Shown here in pieces: positions 47,222-58,099 of a DNA stretch of 64,000 nt. Position numbers and translations under genes: made by a program. The notes beneath the pieces were generated by a model. It saw only the letters and a program-made list of their open reading frames with translations, had not been told where the DNA came from and searched no databases. The stretch's first letter is position 1, and each line of letters begins with the position of its first letter. Source of the DNA: a candidate division WOR-3 bacterium (GTDB lineage: Bacteria; SDB-A); the NCBI GenBank assembly GCA_016934535.1, contig JAFGSQ010000010.1, positions 1 through 64,000 on the forward strand, written 5' to 3'.

Positions 47222-49819
47222 TCACTTTTTAACTGAAATCTCAAGTTGTCCGTTTCTTTCTTCAATGTTTATTGTGTCTCCGGGATTTATGTCTCCCTTG
47301 ATTATCTTTTCAGCCAGCACGTTTTCAACGTTTCTTTGAAGATATCTTTTTATCGGCCTCGCGCCGTATATAGGATCGTAAGCCTCCGACGCTATCATTT
47401 TTTTGGCATTTTCAGATATAGCAATGTTGTTTTTATTTTCTTTCAGCCTTTCTCTTATTTTTTCAATCTGTAAATCAACTATCTTTTCGACCTGTTCGAC
47501 TGTCAAGGGCATGAACATGACGACTTCATCAACTCTGTTGAGGAATTCAGGCTTGAAATGGTTTCTCAGTGCGTCGAGAACGTCCTTTTTGCGTTCGTCG
47601 AACATATATCCGTCTTTTCCCATGCCTTCTACGAGCAGAGCGCTGCCTATATTGGAAGTCATAATCAGTATCGTGTTTTTGAAGTCCACTGTCCTTCCTT
47701 TATTGTCCGTGAGTCTTCCGTCGTCCATAATCTGCAAGAGCGCGTTGAATATATCCGGATGAGCTTTTTCAATTTCATCGAAAAGTATTACGCTGTAAGG
47801 CTTTCTTCTGACGGCTTCCGTCAACTGCCCCCCCTCGTCGTATCCGACATACCCCGGAGGAGCGCCTATGAGTTTGGAAACCGTGTGCTTTTCCATGTAC
47901 TCCGTCATGTCAATTCTTATGAGGTTTTCTTCCGTGTCAAAAAGCACTTCAGTCAAAGCTTTCGCAAGTTCGGTCTTTCCCACCCCGGTAGGACCGAGAA
48001 AAATGAAATTACCTATCGGTTTCGAAGGATCTTTGAGGCCGGCTCTCGCTCTCAATACCGATTTTGAAAGAGCGGAAACCGCCGGGTCCTGTCCAATTAC
48101 TCTTTCGTGCAGGAGTTCTTCAAGCTTCATCAGCTTTTCTCTTTCGCCTTCGATAAGCTTATTGACTGGGATACCAGTCCAAAGAGAGACAACTCCGGCG
48201 ATCTCTTCCTCCGAAACTTCTTCTCTCAAAAGCCTGCCTTCCCCTTTATCTGATCCGGCCTCGAGCGAAGCGAGTTCTTTTTCAAGATTCAGAAGTTTAC
48301 CGTATCTAAGCTCAGCGGCTTTGTTCAGGTCGTATTCCCTTTCGGCTTTATCCGACTCAGTGCGGACCCTTTCAATTTCTTCCCTGACCTTGCCTATCCG
48401 GATTATTTGTTCTTTTTCCTGAGACCATTTTTTCCGCAGCTTTGAATATTTGTCTTTGTTTTTTTCAATGTCTGTTTCGATTTCGGCAAGTCTCGCTTTG
48501 CTCGCTTTATCTTTTTCTTTTTTCAAGGCTTCTCTTTCTATCTCTAGTCGGGTGATTCTCCTGTTCAGGTCGTCTATCACAGACGGCATACTGTCAATTT
48601 CAGATCTGATTTTTGCTGCGGCTTCGTCTATCAGGTCGATGGCTTTGTCAGGGAGAAACCTGTCAGATATGTATCTGTGACTCAAGACAGCCGAAGCAAC
48701 AATTGCGCTGTCGAGGATTTTTATTCCGTGATGAATCTCAAACTTTTCTTTTAGGCCTCTCAAGATCGATATCGTATCTTCTACTGAAGGTTCGTCTACC
48801 AGGACCGGTTGAAAACGCCTTTCGAAAGCGGCGTCTTTTTCAATGTGTTTTCTGTATTCGTCTATTGTTGTGGCTCCGATACAATGTATTTCACCTCTTG
48901 CAAGAAGAGGTTTTAGCATGTTACCGGCGTCGATTGATCCTTCGGCTTTTCCAGCGCCCACGACTATGTGAAGTTCATCGATGAACATGAGAATTTTGCC
49001 TTCCGATTTCTGAACTTCATTTAAAACGGCTTTAAGTCTTTCTTCAAATTCCCCCCTGAATTTCGCTCCGGCTATTAGCGATCCCATGTCTAGGGCAAAA
49101 ATCTTTTTGTCTTTCAAGCCCTCGGGAACATCGCCTCTTTCTATTCTTTGAGCGAGGCCTTCAACTATCGCAGTCTTGCCGACTCCGGGGTCGCCTATTA
49201 GGACAGGATTGTTCTTTGTCCTTCTCAAAAGGATCCTCACGACTCTTCTTATCTCTTCGTCTCTGCCGATAACCGGATCCAGTTTGTTGGACCGTGCGAG
49301 TTCTACAAGTTCGCGCCCGTATTTCTTCAAAACGTCGTAAGTCGCTTCAGGTTCAGCGCTGGTCACTCGCTGACTTCCTCTCATTTCCATGAGCACTTTC
49401 AAGAATTTTTCTCTGTCAATTCCGAATTCGTTAAGTATCTTTCTCGTCCTCTTGCTTGCGTCAGATGTCATCGCCAGAAAAATATGCTCCACGCTGACGA
49501 ATTCATCTTTCATTTTCTGTGCTTCTTCAAACGAATCTGCAAGTATCAGATTAAGATCCGATCCGATTCCCGGAGACAAGGCACCGCTTTGACCGGTCAC
49601 GGAAGGATATTTCATTATTTCTTTCTCGGTTTTTTCAGCCAGACCTTGAACGTCCGTGTTCATCCTCATTAATATCTGAGGTATGAAACCGTTTTCCTGC
49701 TGAATCAAAGCCAGAAGAAGATGCTCGGGTTCTATTATCTGATTCGCTCTTCGTGAAGCTTCAATCTGGGAAGAGTGAACGGCCTCCTGTGCCTTTGTTG
49801 TCAATTTATTAAAATCCAT
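47222..49819 (-). CDS. clpB: ATP-dependent chaperone ClpB
   Basis: MDFNKLT start, GDPGVGKT, coiled-coil M-domain (AAELRYG), [13 protein letters not shown]. Confidence 0.97.
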   Translation of the reverse strand: MDFNKLTTKAQEAVHSSQIEASRRANQIIEPEHLLLALIQQENGFIPQILMRMNTDVQGLAEKTEKEIMKYPSVTGQSGALSPGIGSDLNLILADSFEEAQKMKDEFVSVEHIFLAMTSDASKRTRKILNEFGIDREKFLKVLMEMRGSQRVTSAEPEATYDVLKKYGRELVELARSNKLDPVIGRDEEIRRVVRILLRRTKNNPVLIGDPGVGKTAIVEGLAQRIERGDVPEGLKDKKIFALDMGSLIAGAKFRGEFEERLKAVLNEVQKSEGKILMFIDELHIVVGAGKAEGSIDAGNMLKPLLARGEIHCIGATTIDEYRKHIEKDAAFERRFQPVLVDEPSVEDTISILRGLKEKFEIHHGIKILDSAIVASAVLSHRYISDRFLPDKAIDLIDEAAAKIRSEIDSMPSVIDDLNRRITRLEIEREALKKEKDKASKARLAEIETDIEKNKDKYSKLRKKWSQEKEQIIRIGKVREEIERVRTESDKAEREYDLNKAAELRYGKLLNLEKELASLEAGSDKGEGRLLREEVSEEEIAGVVSLWTGIPVNKLIEGEREKLMKLEELLHERVIGQDPAVSALSKSVLRARAGLKDPSKPIGNFIFLGPTGVGKTELAKALTEVLFDTEENLIRIDMTEYMEKHTVSKLIGAPPGYVGYDEGGQLTEAVRRKPYSVILFDEIEKAHPDIFNALLQIMDDGRLTDNKGRTVDFKNTILIMTSNIGSALLVEGMGKDGYMFDERKKDVLDALRNHFKPEFLNRVDEVVMFMPLTVEQVEKIVDLQIEKIRERLKENKNNIAISENAKKMIASEAYDPIYGARPIKRYLQRNVENVLAEKIIKGDINPGDTINIEERNGQLEISVKK

Positions 49820-49879
49820 TTTTTCCCCTTTTATTTTAAAAAATACACGCTTTTGCATGTTACGCAACCCTCTTTTGTC

Positions 49880-49918
49880 TTGAAAACGCTTGTCACGAAG
49901 AATATAATAATCTATATT
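49880..49918 (+). promoter_or_regulatory. Tandem sigma70 promoters for thyX
   Basis: TTGAAA(49880)-N17-TATAAT and TTGTCA(49890)-N17-TATATT. Confidence 0.5.
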
Positions 49919-49925
49919 TCGTGCT

Positions 49926-51290
49926 ATGCAGGTAAAATTGTCGGGTATAACATCGTTTGCGGACTCCGAAAAAGCCAAACAAGCGGAAGCCATGGCGACG
50001 TCTTTTGCCAGGTGCAGCAGGTCCTCCCTTTCTCTTTTGGAATTACGTAATCAAGCGCTGGCCGACGTCGAAAGCGCGAGAAAATCAAACGAAAAAATCA
50101 TTTTTGAAATGGGGCACAAATCCATCGCCGAACACGTCTGCCTCAATTTCGATTTATCCGGAATTACCAGATTCGCCGCCGAATTCATTGAACATCACAG
50201 GTTGGCGTCGTTCACCGAAAGATCTCAGCGCTACATGAACATATTTGAAAAACCGGTTGTACCTTATGAATTTCAGGAGCCCGAAAAAAAGAAAGATTTT
50301 TTGGACATCTCGGAAAAATCAACTGCGCTTTACGAAGAACTTTCTGAAAATCTTGAGAAAAAAAACCCTTCCAGGGGTGATCCTTCGAAAGAAGACTCAC
50401 GATACGCACTTACTTTGTCAGCTCCGACTCAATTGGGGATGACGGTCAACGCAAGATCTCTCGAGCATATAATTGTCACGCTCAGAAACTCCGGCCTCGC
50501 TGAAACAGAAAACATCGCCGGCCTGCTCGAGTCCGAAGCAAAAGAACACATCCCGTCTCTCATAAGGCACACTGCAGGAGCAACGGCACAATTGGCAGTA
50601 AGACCGATTTCCTCATCAAACGTGAATTCAGAGGCCGTAAAACTCGTCTCGTTCACTGAAAATGCCGATTCAAAAATCGCTTCGGGTTTGATTTTTGAGT
50701 CAGAAGGCGTTTTCCAGGAACCTGAAAAACTGTCCGAGCAGAGAAAAAAAGAAGTGATTTTAAATATTTATAAAAACCTGAACGTTCACGATCCGCTTCC
50801 CCGTTCTTTTGAACTCGCCGACTTCACTTTTTCTATAAATCTTTCTTCCTGCGCTTTCGCTCAGCTTAAGAGACACAGAATGATGACTTTATTAAACAGC
50901 TTACCTGATCCCGCCCTCGGATTCGTCATCCCGGAATCAGTAATTACAGCCGGTTATGAAAGCAAATTCCGCGAGCTGTCACTTCAATCGGAAGAAGCTT
51001 GGAAAAAAGACGGAATGAAAATATCATCTTCGTATCTTCTCGCAAATTCATTTAAAAGAACAGTACTCGTAAGGATGAATGCACGGGAACTTTGCCATTT
51101 TTCAAGATTGAGGATGGACAGTCACTCTCAATGGGAAATAAGAAAATTGGCCGACGATATAATCGGTCTGGTTTTTGAAAAAGCGCCCTTGTCTTCATTG
51201 TTGTGTTGCGGCAAAGACTCTTTTGAAAAAGTCAAAACTTCTCTCACCTCATCTCAATTTAACCGGTTTTCAAAGCGTCATTCTAAATAG
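49926..51290 (+). CDS. thyX: FAD-dependent thymidylate synthase, tandem two-domain form
   Basis: [29 protein letters not shown]; second repeat [24 protein letters not shown]. Confidence 0.88.
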   Translation: MQVKLSGITSFADSEKAKQAEAMATSFARCSRSSLSLLELRNQALADVESARKSNEKIIFEMGHKSIAEHVCLNFDLSGITRFAAEFIEHHRLASFTERSQRYMNIFEKPVVPYEFQEPEKKKDFLDISEKSTALYEELSENLEKKNPSRGDPSKEDSRYALTLSAPTQLGMTVNARSLEHIIVTLRNSGLAETENIAGLLESEAKEHIPSLIRHTAGATAQLAVRPISSSNVNSEAVKLVSFTENADSKIASGLIFESEGVFQEPEKLSEQRKKEVILNIYKNLNVHDPLPRSFELADFTFSINLSSCAFAQLKRHRMMTLLNSLPDPALGFVIPESVITAGYESKFRELSLQSEEAWKKDGMKISSSYLLANSFKRTVLVRMNARELCHFSRLRMDSHSQWEIRKLADDIIGLVFEKAPLSSLLCCGKDSFEKVKTSLTSSQFNRFSKRHSK

Positions 51291-51310
51291 ATTTTTTTGC
51301 GGAGCTAAGA

Positions 51311-54300
51311 ATGTCAGAAAATGAACAAAAAGCAGCCGAAATCCTGAACAAAAAACTCACCCTGGAGGGGAGAGAGCGTGAAATCTCCATGCTTGTTGCA
51401 AAACTGCAGTACACTCTTTCAGGTGAAGGGATATTCGCTCTTGTTACGGGTGCAGACGGAATAGGAAAAACCCGTTTTCTCGAAGAATTCCGATCGAAAA
51501 TCCTCTGCCCTCCTTTCATAGTTCTTCACGGTAAAGCTTCGGGAAAAGTTACCTTCATGTCCGTGTTTTCCTTTTTGATAAGCTCTTTTCTGAATTCTCA
51601 AAAAGGAAAATCCAAACTAATCGCTTCGCTGATCCCTGCCGACACCGCAAGGATCATATCCGCTTATTGCCCTTTGATTTCCGAACATTATCCGTATTCC
51701 GTTCTAAAAGTACCCCCGGCCGGAAAAGAAGCCGTTTTTGATTCTTTTTTAAAAATCATAAAGAAAATATCCTCATTGTGGCCCCTGGTAATAGTTATTG
51801 ACGATGCGGATTATATGGACTCAGGTTCAATCGAATTTCTCGAATATCTGGGATCCAACATCTATGACTGTTCCATCTTTGTGATTGCCGGCGCACTAAA
51901 CACAGGATTTCTCTCTTCAGCCAGATTTTCTTCCGAACTAATCGTATTGAAACCTTTGGATGTGAAAATGGTGGAGGATTCACTACGTTGTTTTTTTCAA
52001 AAACATATTAACCGTGAATTCGTAGAATGGGTTCACTTCCAAACAAAAGGAATTCCTTTTTTCATTGACGAAATTATAAAAACTCTCTTGCGGTCAAACA
52101 TAATATATTACAAAGACGGGACATGGAAAGTTGACGATTTCTATGAGGACGTAAAACTTCCGGAAAACGTCGCTGTTTTTTTGAAAGAGAAATTTGAAAA
52201 ACTTTCAAAAGAAGAATATGCTTTGCTTTCTTCGGTTTCAGTCCTGGAAAGCGCTTTCCCGGAACAGGCCGCCGTATTTATTTCAGAAAACATTGTTTCC
52301 GACCCGATTAAGACGATTTCGTCACTCGTGAATAAAAATTTTCTTGTCAAGGACGAAAACTCTCTGACCGATTTTCAAAATCCGCTGATTCGAAAAGCGA
52401 TTTTCGAAATCACAAAAGAAAGTGACAAAAAACGATCCCACAGAAAAGCAGCCAGGTTTTTCTCGAAAGGTAAATTTCAGGACCCGCTTTTAGAAACCTA
52501 CCATCTCACGAGGTTTTTGACGTCTGATGAATATAATATTCCACTCGCAAAGAAAATTGAAGCGGCCGCCGATCATTACAAAAAAATTCAGAATTGGGAA
52601 AGTGTTGCGGAATACATGAAAATGCTGGTTCAATTGATGAAAGAAATTCCAGAATTCAGTGATACCGACGTTCTTGAAGTCCAATCAAAGCTGCTTATAA
52701 TTTTCTCTAACCTTAAATCTGAAGCCTTTAATGAAAAGCAATACACGGATTTAATAACCCGGCTTTTTTCGGCGGGTCTTATTCAAGACGCTGTCTCTTT
52801 GTCAAACTTCCTTTCGAGGAATTATCTCGAAAGATTCGAGTATAAAAAAGCCAGGAAACTGATGGACGAGACAATCTCCCTTATACCGGAGAGAATGAAA
52901 GAAGAAAAGTGGAAACTGAAATACAACAACTGCCTTTTACTCACAAAACAGGGACATTACACAAAAGCCTCTTCTGAATGCGAAATCCTGATAAAAGAGA
53001 TCGATTCAAAAATAAGCCCGTCAGGAAAATGGTACCCGATGAATCTTTTAGGTTCGATATTTTTTCTCACGGGTAAACTACAAAAAGCGCGTAACATATA
53101 TGAGCTTTCTGTTGAAATAGCCGACAAAGCCGGTGATAAAAACAGCAAAAGCGTCTCTTTCGGAAATCTTGGTCTGGTTCTTCGCGAAATCGGGGAAATC
53201 GACCTCGCTCTGAAATTCACGAGAGAGAGCTTTGAATTATTCCATGAAACAGGAAATACAATGAAAATCGCCAAAACTCACGATTTTCTGTCGAGCTTTG
53301 CTCTCATAAAACAAGATTTAGCCCTTTCAAAAATGCATTCTTTTACTTGCAGGGAACTTGCCGAAAAAAAGGGGATGAGTGCACTCGTTCTTGAATCCAG
53401 AATCAAACTCTGCCGGATACTGCTGGAAGAGATGGATTTCAGCGGAGCCGAAAAAGAATTTTTGGACATCTCGCGTGAGCATTTCGGAGAATTGGAAAGT
53501 TCGTTGAAAACCGAGCTCTCTCTTACAGGTTCGTATATACAGCAGGAAAAACGCCAATTTAATGAAGCCATGAACTCACTTGAACAGACGCTTGAACTGT
53601 GTAAAAAAAACAAGATGAAAATCCTCGAGGCAGTCGTTCTTTCGAGAAAAGCTCAAATTCGGGCTCTTCTCCGCAACCCCAAAAAAGCGGTCGATGAATT
53701 CATTTTGGCTGAAAACATACTTAAAAAATCAGGAGCGGTTTTCTCTCTCGCAAGGCAGAAAGCCGAATTCGGTCTGTGTTTAAAAGGTGAAAAAGGGAAC
53801 AAGTATCTTCTTGAGGCGTTTGATCTTTTCGAAAAGATGCGTTTGCCTGAACAGACGGAATATTTCGCCGCCAGATCCGGTTTGAAAACGCCTTTTCCAA
53901 ACCTTTCTTTGACCGGAGTTAAAAAAAAATCAAAGAGTAAAAAACTTAAAATAACCACCTTCGGCGGTTTGACGGTGGAAGACACTGAATTGAAAAGAGT
54001 TTTTTCAGACAGGGAATGGGGATCGAGAAAAGCGAAGGAACTTCTCGCCCTCCTGCTGGTTTTTTCCGGTAGTAAAGGCGCGACTAGAGAAATGCTTGAA
54101 AATCAGCTCTGGCCTGACAAAGGACCCAAAGAATCCCAAAACAATTTTCACGTTACCCTGACGCATTTAAGAAAGACAATCGGCGCAGAAGCAGTTATCT
54201 GCGAAGAACCTTTTTACAGGCTCGACAACAGTAAATTCACCGTAGATTGCTACGAATTCGATAAAATACACGCTTTTTTCGAACAGGAAAAAAACAGAGC

Positions 54301-54685
54301 TAAATCTCATTCTGCCGAACGATACGCGAGAGAAGCCGTCAGTCTTTACAAAGGGGATTTTCTTCCGGAGATGTACGCTCTTGCAATTGACGACGAGCAA
54401 TTGATTTACAGAGAAAAAATCAAAGAAGCCTTATTGTGGCTCGCTCAGATAGCCGCGGACAGAAGCGACATCAACGAACTTAGAAATTTTTCTCATACTC
54501 TTCTCTCCACGGATCCTTTCGACGAGAGAGCACACAGATTTTTGATGGAATCCTACATTCTCGCGGGCGACAGGAACAGCGTTTTGAACCAATACAAAAG
54601 ACTTTGCAGGCTTCTGGATGCCGAACTCGGCGTTACACCGGAACAAAAAACCCGCGATCTTGTAAAAGGCATCGAAGCCACTTAA
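51311..54685 (+). CDS. STAND NTPase (AAA_16) - TPR - SARP winged helix/BTAD transcriptional regulator
   Basis: GRERE, GADGIGKT, IVIDDADYMD, TKGIPFF; TPRs; TFGGL...KAKELLALL...LWPD...LYKGDFL...DPFDE...ELGVTP. Confidence 0.85.
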   Translation: MSENEQKAAEILNKKLTLEGREREISMLVAKLQYTLSGEGIFALVTGADGIGKTRFLEEFRSKILCPPFIVLHGKASGKVTFMSVFSFLISSFLNSQKGKSKLIASLIPADTARIISAYCPLISEHYPYSVLKVPPAGKEAVFDSFLKIIKKISSLWPLVIVIDDADYMDSGSIEFLEYLGSNIYDCSIFVIAGALNTGFLSSARFSSELIVLKPLDVKMVEDSLRCFFQKHINREFVEWVHFQTKGIPFFIDEIIKTLLRSNIIYYKDGTWKVDDFYEDVKLPENVAVFLKEKFEKLSKEEYALLSSVSVLESAFPEQAAVFISENIVSDPIKTISSLVNKNFLVKDENSLTDFQNPLIRKAIFEITKESDKKRSHRKAARFFSKGKFQDPLLETYHLTRFLTSDEYNIPLAKKIEAAADHYKKIQNWESVAEYMKMLVQLMKEIPEFSDTDVLEVQSKLLIIFSNLKSEAFNEKQYTDLITRLFSAGLIQDAVSLSNFLSRNYLERFEYKKARKLMDETISLIPERMKEEKWKLKYNNCLLLTKQGHYTKASSECEILIKEIDSKISPSGKWYPMNLLGSIFFLTGKLQKARNIYELSVEIADKAGDKNSKSVSFGNLGLVLREIGEIDLALKFTRESFELFHETGNTMKIAKTHDFLSSFALIKQDLALSKMHSFTCRELAEKKGMSALVLESRIKLCRILLEEMDFSGAEKEFLDISREHFGELESSLKTELSLTGSYIQQEKRQFNEAMNSLEQTLELCKKNKMKILEAVVLSRKAQIRALLRNPKKAVDEFILAENILKKSGAVFSLARQKAEFGLCLKGEKGNKYLLEAFDLFEKMRLPEQTEYFAARSGLKTPFPNLSLTGVKKKSKSKKLKITTFGGLTVEDTELKRVFSDREWGSRKAKELLALLLVFSGSKGATREMLENQLWPDKGPKESQNNFHVTLTHLRKTIGAEAVICEEPFYRLDNSKFTVDCYEFDKIHAFFEQEKNRAKSHSAERYAREAVSLYKGDFLPEMYALAIDDEQLIYREKIKEALLWLAQIAADRSDINELRNFSHTLLSTDPFDERAHRFLMESYILAGDRNSVLNQYKRLCRLLDAELGVTPEQKTRDLVKGIEAT

Positions 54686-54730
54686 GCTTTTAATTAAATT
54701 TTAATACCCTTTCCTTATAATATTTTTGTA

Positions 54731-54949
54731 ATGAAGAACAGTTTGATAATGTGTCCCCGCTGTCATTATTTGGGAAGAAATAATGAATCGGCATGCCCTT
54801 ACTGCGGCGATAACATGATATCCTGTTGCCCGCATTGCGGAACCCCCGTGAGGTCTCCTTTTGCAAAATACTGTTTTATCTGCGGAAAAACGCTTTTTTG
54901 CATGAATAGCGAAAACACTCAGGAACCAGGAGGAAAAAGAGATGCTTAA
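54731..54949 (+). CDS. Small zinc-ribbon protein (4x CxxC)
   Basis: CPRC, CPYC, CPHC, CFIC; overlaps the next start. Confidence 0.65.
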   Translation: MKNSLIMCPRCHYLGRNNESACPYCGDNMISCCPHCGTPVRSPFAKYCFICGKTLFCMNSENTQEPGGKRDA

Positions 54950-56795
54950 AATTATGGTCTCGCTGTTTTCAGCGGCGATCCTCCCAAGCATTTTGCATTC
55001 GGCCGTTTTTTACGTCAACGACGAATCCTCTTTTCAGAACGCTCTTATTATTTCGGCTTCGAACGGACAAAACGACACGATTATAGCTGCCGCAGGAAAT
55101 TATGATTTGACATCCGCATTGTTGTATAACTCTGCTGAAAGTTACGGTGTTTTTATTGCCGGAGCTGGTTCAGACTCTACTGTCCTTACCGGCGACGGTA
55201 CATTCAGACTGCTGAGCGTTGTTTCAGTTTACTCGACCGAAGACATCGCAATTAACGGAGTGGGTTTCTCTCACGGCGGTAACGCATCTAACGGAGGAGG
55301 CGTTCTTGTCGAAACATCATCAAGCCGAATATTCATGTCGAATTGTATGTTCGAACAATGCCAGGCTCAGGAAATTGGCGGCGGAGCCGCTCTGATAACC
55401 AATTCCGGAGACATCTTTGTTACCGACTGTCATTTTGACGACAACACGTGCGCCAATGACGGAGGGGGCCTTAACGCAGGATCAACCTCCGGGTCTATAG
55501 CATTGACGAACAGCACTTTTAACGGCAACAGGGCAAACGGTGACGACGCCGGGGGAGCATTGCTGTATTGCGAGAACGGATCGGCATCAGCAACCGGAAA
55601 CAGTTTCTCTGGAAATTACGCTCAAGACGGCGGAGGCGGTTTGTTTACTTATTTTTTAGGCGCCAACAGCTCTCTTTTTGCTCAAAACAACACTTTCACG
55701 GCAAACCATGCGGTTCTCGACGGAGCCGGATTTTTTGTCAGAGTGAATGACAGCGGATCTGTCTGCATCAGTTCAAACAATTTCATCGGCAACACGACGA
55801 CGAACTGGAACGGCGGAGGAATATCTCTTCACCTCAATTCCGGTACTCTCAACTTTTCACAAAATCAATTTAATTCAAATTACTCGGGCGAAGACGGAGG
55901 AGGAGCCTGGATATGGATAGGAACCGGAACGTCTTCCATACAGGATAATATTTTCAGCGCAAACACGGCGCAGGACAATGGAGGAGGAATCTCTTTTACG
56001 TCGGATTTTGCCGTGTCGGTATTGGCGGGGAACATTTTTTTCAGGGATTCTGCGGGGAATGTAGGAGGAGGACTCTCGGCGGCTTCCGCGTCGGGGTCGA
56101 TTTTACTCGACCGTTCGACCTTTTTCGCCAACAGAGCTTTGGAAGGCGGCGGTATCTATTATTATTCCGAACAATCAACTTCAGTTTTTGTCTGCAGAAA
56201 CATAATCTCGTGGAGCGATTTACCCAACGCTTTTTCATATTCCTCTCCCAACTCTGTCTCCGTCATATATTCCGATTTACAGGGTGGAACGGGAAACCAG
56301 TGGTTCGGAACAGGCTGCATAGAGCAATACCCCATATTTGCCGACACAGAGTCCGCGAATCTTCAAATTACATGGGCAAATTTCCCTTTGCACGACAGCA
56401 CGAGATCTCCTTGCATAGACGCCGGCGACCCTTCTTCTTCACCTGATTTGGACGGAACGAGAGCAGACCAGGGCGCATTGTACTACAATCAGCTCACTTA
56501 CGTCGAAGAAATCAATCGTGACTCTTATTTCAGCTGCGACCCTTTTTATTTTCTCAGCGACGGCCGAGGGAATGTCTTTATCCGCTTTTCAGAATATTCA
56601 GGTGAATTCATAGAAGTGTTTGTTCTTGATGTTTCAGGGAGAAACGCAGGCTTTTATTACAGAGGCGTTCTTCAAAATGATTCACCCGAAATTTCCTTCT
56701 CTGCGGCAGATCTTTGTCCGGGTGTTTATTTCGTATCAGTTCAAAAAGAAGGAACATGTTTTTTTCGCAAAATGTCAAAAATAAACCCTCTGTAA
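54942..56795 (+). CDS. Secreted right-handed beta-helix protein with T9SS-type C-terminal sorting domain
   Basis: Signal peptide; repeated FxxN...GGG/GGA units; SPCIDAGDP...D.GA; tail VLDVSGR...L.PGVYFV...K. Confidence 0.8.
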   Translation: MLKIMVSLFSAAILPSILHSAVFYVNDESSFQNALIISASNGQNDTIIAAAGNYDLTSALLYNSAESYGVFIAGAGSDSTVLTGDGTFRLLSVVSVYSTEDIAINGVGFSHGGNASNGGGVLVETSSSRIFMSNCMFEQCQAQEIGGGAALITNSGDIFVTDCHFDDNTCANDGGGLNAGSTSGSIALTNSTFNGNRANGDDAGGALLYCENGSASATGNSFSGNYAQDGGGGLFTYFLGANSSLFAQNNTFTANHAVLDGAGFFVRVNDSGSVCISSNNFIGNTTTNWNGGGISLHLNSGTLNFSQNQFNSNYSGEDGGGAWIWIGTGTSSIQDNIFSANTAQDNGGGISFTSDFAVSVLAGNIFFRDSAGNVGGGLSAASASGSILLDRSTFFANRALEGGGIYYYSEQSTSVFVCRNIISWSDLPNAFSYSSPNSVSVIYSDLQGGTGNQWFGTGCIEQYPIFADTESANLQITWANFPLHDSTRSPCIDAGDPSSSPDLDGTRADQGALYYNQLTYVEEINRDSYFSCDPFYFLSDGRGNVFIRFSEYSGEFIEVFVLDVSGRNAGFYYRGVLQNDSPEISFSAADLCPGVYFVSVQKEGTCFFRKMSKINPL

Positions 56796-56902
56796 CCCCT
56801 TTTCACATCTGATTGTCACAGCGGAAAATCACTGTAAAAATTTTCGTGTTCAATATTGTGCCGTACGTTATATAATCAATTTTAAATACCTGAAGATATT
56901 CT

Positions 56903-58099
56903 GTGAATTTAATCAAACTTAGAAAAAATGCCGAAAAAAAAGCGGTACGCGGTTATCCCTGGATATGGGGCAATGAAATTGACCTGGTCTCCTCTTCTCT
57001 CACGCCCGGTTCCATCGCCGACGTGTATGATTCGGAAAATAAATTTCTCGGAAAAGGATATTACAATCCCTCATCTTCAATCACCGTTCGTTTTCTAACG
57101 AGACGCGACGAGCCTATCGATCTCGCTTTTATCAAGAGAACTATAAATAAAGCGTGGCATCAGAGAAAGCTGATATACCCGCTGGAAAATTGCCTTCGGG
57201 TCTTTTTTTCTGAAGCAGACGGTATTCCCGGCCTTGTTATTGACAAATACGAAGACGCCGTGGTTTTTCAGCTGTCAACCCTCGGCGCTGACAAGATGAG
57301 AGATCTCATTCTGGAGTCCGTCATCGAAATTTTTAATCCGTCTTTTGTCGTCGAAAGATCTGACTCTCCAATCAGGATCAAGGAAGGGCTCGAACAATTC
57401 AAAGGTTGCGTTTACGGCAAAATTGACAGGAAAAAACCGGTGAAAATCAACGGAGTTTTATTTTCTGTTGACCTTCTAGAAGCTCAGAAAACAGGATTCT
57501 TTCTCGATCAAAGAGAGAACTACACTCTGCTTTCCGGTTTTTCCAATTCAAAAAGAGTTCTCGATGCTTTCTGCAACAATGGAGCCTTCGGAATCCATGC
57601 TGCCTTTTACGGTGCAAAAGAAGTCGTTTTCCTCGATTGTTCAAAAAAATCCCTCGAAACAGCTGAAGAAAATTTTTCTCTGGGCTCATTTAGCGCATCG
57701 GCTTACTTCGTGAAGGCCGACGCTGTTTCGTATTTAAAAAAAATGGAAAAGACCGGAGAAAAGTTCGACGTAATCATTTTAGATCCTCCGGCTTTCATTA
57801 AAGACAGAAAAAAAATCAAACAGGGTGTTAAAGGATACAAAGAAATCAACATGCGTGCCATGGACATGCTTTCAGATGAAGGATTTCTCGTCAGCTGTTC
57901 CTGCTCACAGCATCTGGACGTTTCGTCTTTCATCGGCATGCTCAAATCCGCATCGGCCGACCGTAGAACAAGTTTCGACCTTCTGTCCCTGACATTTCAG
58001 CCGAAAGATCACCCGGCTCTCTTGCCCATGGAAGATTTTTGGTATCTGAAATGCGCTGTTTTAAGAAAAACGGGATTCAATAACCGTATTTTTCCCTGA
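56903..58099 (+). CDS. rlmI: RlmI-like SAM-dependent rRNA m5C methyltransferase
   Basis: PUA domain (GYPWIW), SEADGIPGLVID, QKTGFFLDQREN, LDPPAF, SCS, YLK. Confidence 0.88.
   Translation: MNLIKLRKNAEKKAVRGYPWIWGNEIDLVSSSLTPGSIADVYDSENKFLGKGYYNPSSSITVRFLTRRDEPIDLAFIKRTINKAWHQRKLIYPLENCLRVFFSEADGIPGLVIDKYEDAVVFQLSTLGADKMRDLILESVIEIFNPSFVVERSDSPIRIKEGLEQFKGCVYGKIDRKKPVKINGVLFSVDLLEAQKTGFFLDQRENYTLLSGFSNSKRVLDAFCNNGAFGIHAAFYGAKEVVFLDCSKKSLETAEENFSLGSFSASAYFVKADAVSYLKKMEKTGEKFDVIILDPPAFIKDRKKIKQGVKGYKEINMRAMDMLSDEGFLVSCSCSQHLDVSSFIGMLKSASADRRTSFDLLSLTFQPKDHPALLPMEDFWYLKCAVLRKTGFNNRIFP

Noticed and set aside
49820-49925. CIRCE or HAIR heat-shock operator upstream of clpB
   Set aside because: No TTAGCACTC-N9-GAGTGCTAA or CTTGAGT-N7-ACTCAAG present.
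58077-58099. Convergent 3' overlaps (rlmI/cyclase 23 nt; rluD/lipoprotein 19 nt; pilD/clpB abutting)
   Set aside because: Common in compact genomes; no further evidence of antisense regulation.
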